Shown here piece by piece: positions 51,427-60,066 of a stretch of DNA of 60,066 nucleotides. Every line of letters begins with the position of its first letter. Within the stretch, counting starts at the first letter, position 1. This stretch comes from Chiloscyllium plagiosum. Its lineage: Eukaryota. Both the position numbers and the translations under genes were made by a program. Below the pieces are notes generated by a model that did no database searches, was not told the origin of the DNA, and worked only from the letters and a program-made list of their open reading frames with translations. The stretch covers positions 20,728,223 to 20,788,288 of the forward strand of contig NC_057718.1 in assembly GCF_004010195.1 (NCBI RefSeq), written 5' to 3'.

Positions 51427-51530
51427 CTGCAAAGACGGAAAGGTTAATTAAATTTCTTTTCTTATTGTCTGAAAATGAACACCATGAAGAACCACAGGTT
51501 GAATCAAGAAACTGTGCTCTCCTATAACAC

Positions 51531-51665
51531 GATTCGGAGATGCCGGTGTTGGACTGGGGTGTACAAAGTTAAAAATCACACAACACCAGGTTATAGTCCA
51601 ACAGGTTTAATTGTGCTTCCAATTAAACCTGTTGGACTATAATCTGGTGTTGTGTGATTTTTAAC
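51531..51665. mobile_element. Palindromic PLE insertion (second family) with perfect 12-bp TSD
   Basis: TSD ctcctataacac at 51519-51530 and 51666-51677. 46-bp inverted arms 51568-51613 and 51620-51665 (one mismatch) with a 6-nt spacer. A 37-bp tail is present on the left arm only. Confidence 0.9.
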
Positions 51666-51808
51666 CTCCTATAACACAATTGCTTTAGCTTCCCAGCACT
51701 ACCAAAAAGATGTTTTCCTGGTATGGTTGACTGCAGAGAGATCATTTGATTTGGACATAATTCTGAGTACCCTCAATATTATTTTCCCGATTATAAACAG
51801 CTTTATTG

Positions 51809-52117
51809 TTAGATTAGATTAGATTACTTTACAGTGTGGAAACAGGCCCTTCGGCCCAACAAGTCCACACCGCCCCGCCGAAGCGCAAACCACCCATACC
51901 CCTACATTTACCCCTTACCTAACACTACGGGCAATTTAGCATGGCCAATTCACCTGACCTGCACATCTTTGGACTGTGGGAGGAAACCGGAGCACCTGGA
52001 GGAAACCCACGCAGACACGGGGAGAATGTGCAAACTCCACACAGTCAGTCGCCTGAGGCAGGAATTGAACCCGGGTCTCTGGCGCTGTGAGGCAGCAGTG
52101 CTAACCACTGTGCCACC
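51809..52117 (-). mobile_element. HE1 SINE, young, near full length
   Basis: Near-identical to 38221-38559, with A/B boxes and a (TTAGA)n tail. Confidence 0.93.
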
Positions 52118-52129
52118 CACCAAGATGTG

Positions 52130-52860
52130 CTAGGACTACATCTTGACAAAGTCAAAATACACCACATCCACTGATTCTGCCCATCTATTCAACAACTTAC
52201 ATCCTCAAAACCTCCAGTCAATTTGTTAAGCACGATTTGTATTTCATAAAGCCTGCTTGTTTTTATCCAATCCCATTTATACATTCCAAATATTTGTCAT
52301 CACATCTTTTACAAATATTACTGATGTTAGCTAACTGATCCTCAATTCTCTTTTTTCTCCCCCTTCTTTTTTAAATAGTAGAGTTACAGAATTTAGAAAA
52401 TAACCACCAATGCAGCAGATTATTTCGAGAGCCACTTCCTTTCGTATACTGAAGTGTAGATTATCAGGCCCTGGTGATTTATACTGATTTCCTTCAATTC
52501 CTCTCACAGGACCATTGGTAACCTCACATTTGAGTGATTATTTGTGCTCTCTATTGTGAAGATGGAACCAAGATAAATGTTCAACTCTTTCTCTGTTCCC
52601 AAAATAATTTCCCTCATTTCTGATTGTAAGGGGCCTACATTTGGCTTTACTAATCTTTTTCTCTTCACATATTCATAGAAGCTTTTATGAACAGTTATAG
52701 TTTCCTGTAATTTTACTCTCATATTCTATGTTTCCTCTTGATCAAACTTTTTATTCTCTTTCGTGGAATTGTTAAATGCTTCCAATCCTCAGATCTGCTT
52801 CTTTTTCTGACAATTTTATATGTATCCTGTTTAGATCCAATATCATCCCTAATTTCTTTT
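52130..52860 (-). mobile_element. Old fragmented CR1
   Basis: Minus-strand remnant KSFYEYVKRKRLVKPNVGPLQSE...ELNIYLGSIFT. Confidence 0.65.
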
Positions 52861-52897
52861 CCTCTTAATTATTAATTCCTATCAGGCACAAAATTAA

Positions 52898-53286
52898 CAA
52901 GTTTGAGAAGATTTGTAGCTCCTCACATATACAGATGAGGAAGGACACCATTTCAATTGGGACAATACATCCATCCTCGGACAAGCCAAATAGAGAGAGA
53001 CACGAGAATTTCTAGAAGAATGGCATTCCAACCAGAACTCTCTCAACAAACACACTGACTTGGATCCCATTTAGCAGCCCCTGAGAAAAAGAACAGGAAA
53101 TGACATCACAACAGGAATGTTGTCACAACAGGAAGTGACATCACCAACTCAAGGAAACCTAAGCACACAAATAGAAAGAGCATTATGCCACCAGTGCTTC
53201 ATCCGTAGGCTCACTGATGTTACCTAGTATGGCAATGAAACGTCTGAAAATGAACTTCCAGCTCAGCAAGCAAACCTACATCCAGA
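52898..53286 (+). mobile_element. Penelope-like element (third family), 5'-truncated with short inverted pLTR piece
   Basis: Translates TDEEGHHFNWDNTSILGQAK*RETREFLEEWHSNQNSLNKH (GIY-YIG C-terminus). 5' gagaagatttgtagctc is the reverse complement of the family tail seen at ~36565-36582. Hammerhead-like tca-ctgatg[..]ttacctagtatggcaat-gaaac-gtc-tga at ~53211-53247. Confidence 0.8.
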
Positions 53287-53979
53287 GGAATTAATAATTG
53301 TTGTAATTTACACACATGTAAGTTAAATATGAATCATTGCCTGTCCACCATCAAATGATAAGGTTCCCCAATCCATCCTTGCCAATTTGTACATCATGTG
53401 GTCATAGTTGCCTTTATTGAGATTAGGATTGTAGTTTCAGTTTTGACAACTCCATTCTCCATTTTAATAACAAATTCCATTATATTATGTAAAAACCAAA
53501 AGAACTGCAGATGCTGTAAATCAGAAACAAAATTAGAAATTGCTGGATAAAAGCTCAGCAGGACTACCCATCCTTAGTGCTATACCATATGAGAACCCAG
53601 TGTAAGGGAGTGCTATTCTTTCTCTAATGCACAGCATAGCACAACATCTTGTCATTCTTCAACGTGGAATCATCATGTGTTTGGAAAACCTTCAAACAGT
53701 TGAAAATGTACACTTTTTTTAACCAACAGAAATCATTTCATCAATGAACAGTCCTCTGGAATTATTGATACACTTGCTTAAAAGTCTGCACTTACAAGCT
53801 GCTGTGATGCCAATTTCTTTGAGAACTTTCAGTTCCTGTCCATTTCAAGGACTGGATGTCTTAGCAGTTAGCTATTAGGAGACACGGGCTACCATAGCTG
53901 ATAACTCCATTTCGACTCCACAATGCTGTCACTGAGGTCAAACATATGTAGAATGCAGTACAATACTGAAACAGTATTG

Positions 53980-54240
53980 GACAGCACAGTGGCTCAGTAG
54001 TTAGCACTGCTGCTTCTCAGCACGAGGGACATGGGTTTGATTCCAGCCTTGGATGACTTTGTGTGAAGTTTGAGCGTTCTTCCTGTGTTTGCTGGGTGTC
54101 CACTCTCACTCAAAAGATGGGCAGATTAGGTGGATTAGTCATGGTAAATGCAGGATTATGGGGCTGGTATGGATGCTCTTCAGAGGGTTGATGGAGGCTA
54201 GGTCGAATGGCCTCTTTCTGGACTGTAGGGGTTCTATGTT
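53980..54240 (+). mobile_element. HE1-type SINE, old copy
   Basis: cagcacagtggctcagtagttagcactgctgc head, gggtttgattcc B-box and a tail ending ctgtaggggttctatg. Confidence 0.82.
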
Positions 54241-54609
54241 GTGTCAGTTCAGGAATCGGTCTAAACCTTTTCTGCATTCCCTCCTTAATCAGAACACCCT
54301 TCCTCAGATAAAAGAGACCTAAACTGTACAAAATACTTTAGCTGCCATCTCACCAAGGTCCTGTGCAATTGCAGCAAAACTTCCATACTCCTGCACTTGA
54401 ATGCTTTAGTTATGAAGGCCAATATACCATTTACTTAATTCACTGTCTGTTACACCTGCATAATTTGCTTGAGTTTTTTCATGAAGTAACAGAATGCAAT
54501 AATGAGGGTAATGCTGTTGATGTGAAAAAAAGGTGTTTTTAAATGCATCAGACTGCAGACTTAAAGGGAAAGTTATAGTTAGGGATTGAAATATAGATAT
54601 AAAAGAGAG

Positions 54610-55090
54610 GGAACAGTGGCACAGTGAAGAAGTCACTGGGTTAGAACTCCAGGCCAATGCTTTAAATGGAGACATGGGTTCAATTCTCATCACAGTAGAT
54701 GGTGAAGTTTGATTTCAGTAAAAATCTGAATTTAAAGCTGGCCTAATGGCGACCATGGTTAATTCTTGTAAAAATCCATTTGATTCACTAACATCCTTTA
54801 GGGAATGAAACTTCCCCTCACTTGGTCAGATTAGTTCCAAGATGCCATCTAGCATATTCATGAATAGCCAAATGATTAACATCAGCTGGGAGCAACTCAA
54901 GGCTGTATACAACTGATGCCACACTATAGAAAAGATGTTGAGACAAGAAGGAACACGTAAATCCATGAGGCATGGTTGGTGTACAATCACTTGACACTTA
55001 ACTGTCCCCAGCAAGCTACTCAGATCAAGGGGCATTTACGAATGGGCAAGAAATGCTGGCTGAATCAGTGACACCTGCTTCCCATGAATG
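54610..55090 (+). mobile_element. Decayed tRNA-derived SINE with L2-like 3' tail
   Basis: A-box-like gtggcacagtg and B-box-like gggttcaattctc. 3' end gaatgggcaagaaatgctggc...cccatgaatg resembles the tail of the 16340-16950 LINE. A probable antisense relative lies at ~20025-20250. Confidence 0.5.
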
Positions 55091-55400
55091 GATACTTCAA
55101 AACGGAACTGGAAATAGAGGGTAGTAATGAACAGCTTTTTTCAGATTGGAGGAAGATTTATAGTATGATGGTCCCCAGACATCAGTATTATTCCTGAAAC
55201 ATATTTTAATGTCCTACAATTTAGTGCACAGGGTATAGTTTCAAGAGTTGCAGGCGAAAAAAACTTGGAAATTTGGTCCATGATGAGGTTAGTGTTGAAC
55301 TTTGAAAGGACATACACAGGTTGGTGGAATGGGCTATCAAATGGCAAACAAAAGTTAATGTAGGCAACGCGAACTATTGGTGCAGATTTCCAAATAATGT

Positions 55401-57510
55401 GTCATAGAGTCATAGAGATGTACAGGATGGAAATAGACACTTCGGTTCAATCCCTCCATGCCGACCAGATATCCCAACCCAATCTAGTCCCACCTGCCAG
55501 CTCTCGGCCCATAGCTCTCCAAACCTTTCCTCTTCATATACCCATCCAAATGCCTTTTAAATGTTGCAATTGTACCAGCCTCCACCACATCCTCTGGCAG
55601 CTCATTCCATACACGTACCACCCTCTGTGAAATTGTTGCCCCATAGATCTCTTTTATATCTTTCCCCTCTCACCCTAAACCTATGCCATCTAGTTCTGGA
55701 CTCACCGACTCCAGGGAAAAGAGTTTGTCTATTTATCCTATGCATGCCCCTCATAATTTTGTAAACCTCTATAAGGTCACCCCACCGCCTCCGACGCTCC
55801 AGGGAAAACAGCTCCAGTCTGTTCAGCCTCTCCCTATAGCTCAAATCCTCCAACGCTGGCAACATCCTTGTAAATCTTTTCTGAACCCCTTCAAGTTTCA
55901 CAACATCTTTCCGATAGGATGGAAACCAGAACTGCACGCAATTTTCCAACAGTGTCCTAACCAATGTCCTGTACAGCCGCAATATGACCTCCCAACTACA
56001 GCACTCAATACTCTGACCAATAAAGCAAAGCATACCAAACGCCTTCTTCACTATCCTATCTACCTGCAACTCCACTTTCAAGGAGCTATGAACCTGCACT
56101 ACAAGATCCCTTTGTTCAGCAACACTCCCTAAGACCTTACCATTAAGTGTATATATCCTGCTAAGATTTGCTTTCCCAAAATGCAGCACCTCGCATTTAT
56201 CTGAATCAAACTCCAACTGCCACTTCTCAGTCCATTGGCCCATCTGATCAAGATCCTGTTGTAGTCTGAGGTAATCTTCTTCGCCATCCACTGCAGCTTC
56301 AATTTTGGTGTCATCTGCAAACTTACTAACTGTACCTCTTATGCTCGCATTCAAATCATTTATGTAAATGACAAAAAGTAGAGGACCCAGCACCGATCCT
56401 TGTGGCACTCCACTGGTCACAGGCTTCCAGTCTGAAAAACAACCCTCCACCACAACCCTGTCTTCTACCTTTGAGCCAGTTCTGTATTCAAATGGCTAGT
56501 TCTCCCTTTATTCCATCAGATCTAACCTTGCTAACGAGTGTCCCATGGGAAACCTTGTCGAACGCCTTACTGAAGTCCATATAGATCACATCCACTGCTC
56601 TGCCCTCATCAATCCTCTTTGTTACTTCTTCAAAAAACTCAATCAAGTTTGACAGACATGATTTCCCACGCACAAAGCCATGTTGACTATCCCGAATCAG
56701 TCCTTACCTTTCCAAATACATGTATATCCTGTCCCTCAGGATTCCCTCCAACAACTTGCCCACCACCGAGGTCAGGCTCACTGGTCTATAGTTCCCTGGC
56801 TTGTCCTTACCACGCTTCTTAAACAGTGGCACCACATTAGCTAACCTCCAGTCTTCCAGCACCTCACCTGTGACTATTGGTGATACAAATATTTCAGCAA
56901 GAGGCCCAGCAATCACTTCTCTAGCTTCCCACAGAGTTCCAGGGTACACCTGATCAGGTCCTGGGGATTTATCTACCTTTAACCGTTTCAAGACATCCAG
57001 CACTTCCTCCTCTGTAATTTGGACATTTTGCAAGGGGTCACCATCTATTTCCCTACAGTCTATACCTTCCATATCCTTTTGTACAGTAACTGCTGATGCA
57101 AAATACTCGTTTAGTATCTATCCCATTTTCTGTGGCTTCCCACAAAGGCTGCCTTGCTGATCTTTGAGAAGCCCTATTCTCTCCCTCGTTACCTTCTTGT
57201 CCTTAATGTATTTGTAAAAACCCTTTGGATTCTCCTTAATTCTATTTGCTAAAGTTATTTCATATGCTCTTTTTGCCCTCCTGATTTCCCTCTTAAGTGT
57301 ACTCCTACTGTCTTTATACTCTTCTAAGGATTCACTCAATCTATCCTGTCTATACCTTACATATACTTCCTTCTTTTTCTTAACCAAACCCTCAATTTCT
57401 TTAGTCATCCAGCATTCCCTATACCTACCAGCCTTTCCTTTCACCCTAACAGGATTCTCATTAACCTCATTTTTGAAGGCTTCCCATTTTCCAGCCATCC
57501 CTTTACCTGC
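55401..57510 (-). mobile_element. CR1/HER1 LINE, 5'-truncated 2.1 kb, relatively young
   Basis: ORFs 57118-57498, 56704-57072, 56488-56673 and 55602-56453 ([19 protein letters not shown]) are successive frameshifted parts of ORF2. (gtcataga)2 tail at 55401. Confidence 0.95.
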
Positions 57511-57566
57511 ATGTACTTTACGTGTCCTTTCAATTAAAACATCTACAAACCGTAAACTCTAAATTT

Positions 57567-58745
57567 GTCATAGTGTCATAGAGCTGTACATCACACAAAC
57601 GGATCCTTCGGTCTAACTCGCCTATGCTAACCAGATATCCTAAATTAATCAAGTCCCATTTGTCAGCATTTGGACCATATTCCTCTAAACCCTTCCTATT
57701 CATATACCCATCCAGATACCTTTTAAAAAAATGTTGTAATTGTACCAGCCTTCACCACTTCCACTGGTAGCTCATTCCATACACGCATAAGTCTGTAAAA
57801 ACGTTGCTCCTTGGGTCCCTTTTATATCTTTCCCCTCTCACCTTCTAGTTTTGGACTACCTGTCCCAGAGAAAAGACTATTCACCCAATCCTTGCCCCTC
57901 ATGATTTTATAAACCTCAAAAAGGTCACCCCTCAGCCTCTGACACTCCAGGAAAAACAGCTCCAGCCTATTCAGCCTCTCCATCCAGCTCAAATCCTCCA
58001 ACCCTGGCAACATTCTTGTAAATCTTTTCTGAATTCAAGTTTCACAACATCCTTCCTATAGCAGGCAGACCAGAATTTCATGCAGTATTCCAAAAAGTGG
58101 CCTAACCAATGGTCCTGTACAGCCGCAACATAACCTCCTAACTCCTATACTCAATGCACTGACTAATAAAGGCAAACTTACCAAACGCCTTCTTCACTAT
58201 CCTATTTACTTGCAACTCCACTTTCAAGGAAATATGAACTTGCACCCAAGGTCTCTTTGCTCACCAACACTCCCCAGCACCTTCCCATTAAGTGTATAAA
58301 TCTGCCCTGATTTGCCTTTTCAAAATCCTGCACCTCACATTTATCTAAACTAAGCTTCATCTGCCACCCCTCAGCCCATTGGCCCATCAAATTAAGATCC
58401 TGTCATACTCTGAGGCAACCTTCCTCGTTGTCCACTACATCTCCAATTTCAGTGTCATCTGCAAACTTACTAACCATATCTCCTATATTCACATCCAAAT
58501 CATTTACATAAATGATGAAAAGCAGTAGACCCACTACCCATCCTTGTGGCAACCACTGGTCACATCATCAGTCTGAGAAAGAACCCTCCACCACTTTGTT
58601 TTCTACTTCAAGCCAATTTTGTATCCAAATGGCTAGTTCTCCCTGTATTCCATGTAATCTAACCTTGCTAGCTAGTCTACCAAGAGGAACCTTGTCAAAT
58701 GCCTTACTCAAGTCCATATAGATTAGGTCCATCATCAATCCTCTG
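57567..58745 (-). mobile_element. CR1/HER1 LINE 3' 1.2 kb, tandem with the previous copy
   Basis: Tail gtcatagtgtcatagag. Remnants RLRGDLFEVYKIM, KFADD (gtcatctgcaaactt) and YMDLSKAFDKVP. Confidence 0.92.
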
Positions 58746-59635
58746 TTATTCTTAAGGTGTCCTCAGGTAAAATCAGAATAATATTTATCTAGCTAAAGCA
58801 TTGGAGAATGCTTGGCCCTCTGCTTCAGAAGTGACCTCCAAGAGAAAATTGGCAAAACAATTGAGGCATTCTAGAGAATATTTGGATAGAAATGAAGTGC
58901 ATGGATATGGGGGAAAAGCAGGAGATTGACAGTAGGTAATGGTGCCGGCACATTTGGCTGAATGGCTTCTTTCTGTGTCATAACACTTCTGTGATATCAC
59001 CCAAAACGCTACACATTAAATTCAGTATCAGAATATCAGAACAAAAGCAAAATACTGTGGATGCTGGATCTGCTCAGTACTTCCACAACACACTGTCTTG
59101 ATGAGGATACTTCATTCTATTTTGTAACTCTGATGGCCTATCATAAAGCAAAAATCTCTTCATCCAAACTGATTAACTGAAAGGCAGAGTTATTGGAGCA
59201 TGCTTAATGGTTTATGACAAACTGACTTTGACTTCAAAATTGCTGTTGTGACTTGCTTACATCCTTGAAAAACTCTGTTTACAAAAGCCTGTAATTGCTC
59301 TCATGGTAGCTGTCATTCTGATGTAAAAAAATTGAAGTAGTATTGCATAAAAAAGGTACCTTTCAACAAGAAACTGAATATGGCAATATTTTCATAAGCT
59401 GTTAAAGCAGCAGCACCACTACAGCTGAGAGACGACTATTTCTCTCTAGTAATCCTTGGGCCAACCAATTCATATTAAAAGATTTGGAAAATCGTGACAG
59501 ATCTTTAAGTTTTGAAATAACCTATAACAGTGACTAAAACATAGTGTGCTAATTGAGCATCTGCTCAAAGAGTTCAATTAAAGACTAATAAGTACTTTCT
59601 TAAATTTTGTATCACTTAGTCATAGAGTCGTATAG

Positions 59636-60066
59636 AGATGGGGAGAAAGTGAGGTCTGCAGATGCTGGAGTTCAGAGCTGGAAATGTGTTGCTGGAAAAG
59701 CGCAGCAGGTCAGGCAGCATCCAGGGAACAGGAGAATCGACGTTTCGGGCATAAGCCCTTCTTCAGGAATGAGGAAAGTTTGTCCAGCAGGCTAAGATAA
59801 AAGGTAGGGAGGAGGGACTTGGGGGAGGGGCGTCCAAATGTGATAGGTGGAAAGAGGTCCAAGGTGAGGGTGAAAGGTCAGACTGGGGTGGGGGCGGAGA
59901 GGGCGGGAAGAAGATTGCAGGTTAGGAAGGCAGTGCTGAGTTCGATGGATTTGACTGAGACAAGGTGGGGGGAGGGAGAATGAGGAAACTGGTGAAATCC
60001 GAGTTCATCCCTTGTGGTTGGACGGTTCCTAGGTGGAAGATAAGGCGCTCTTCCTCCAACCGTCGT
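59636..60066 (-). mobile_element. Penelope-like element 3' end, continuing beyond the window
   Basis: Minus strand from the window end translates RRLEEERLIFHLGTVQPQGMNSDFTSF (GIY-YIG C-terminus). A pyrimidine-rich UTR, hammerhead and full pLTR tail follow. Same family as the 32126, 42859 and 44402 inserts. Confidence 0.9.
59739..59766 (-). ncRNA. Minimal hammerhead ribozyme motif in PLE pLTR, intact core, weak stem I
   Basis: CUGAAGA-A-GGGC-uuau-GCCC-GAAAC-GUC. The flanks cauuc / gauuc pair only partially. Confidence 0.68.

Noticed and set aside
51429..60066. Next upstream SLC30A6 exon (expected GRLLVG...NKPFAYVSE-like)
   Set aside because: Not found by eye in this interval; it most likely lies beyond the window end.
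1..60066. CRISPR arrays, prokaryotic operons or terminators, rRNA, endogenous viral genes
   Set aside because: No regularly spaced repeat-spacer structure, no long unexplained ORFs and no rRNA-like sequence. The repeats are dispersed eukaryotic transposons.

Overview
Eukaryotic genomic DNA, almost certainly from a shark or other cartilaginous fish. This is inferred from the HE1-type SINEs and HER1/CR1 LINEs; the species cannot be determined. The window holds the last six coding exons and the 3' UTR of the zinc-transporter gene SLC30A6 (ZnT6) on the minus strand, including a ~37 kb last intron. The upstream exons lie beyond position 60066. The introns are densely filled with decayed retroelements: CR1/HER1 LINEs, HE1 and Deu-domain SINEs, an L2-like LINE, a Rex1/Babar fragment, MITEs and at least four families of Penelope-like elements (PLEs). 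The most interesting signal is that every PLE family carries a minimal hammerhead-ribozyme motif (CUGANGA-stem II-GAAA-palindromic stem III-NUH). Five short independent PLE insertions, four of them flanked by target-site duplications (TSDs), begin within 0-10 nt of the ribozyme core. Several others form near-perfect palindromes. Other leads are ~2 kb inverted CR1 copies bracketing two exons (a circRNA/dsRNA candidate) and a candidate stop-containing cassette exon in the last intron. Hammerheads in PLEs are already known, so no wholly new system can be claimed from sequence alone. Repeat boundaries were read by eye and are approximate unless a TSD is given.
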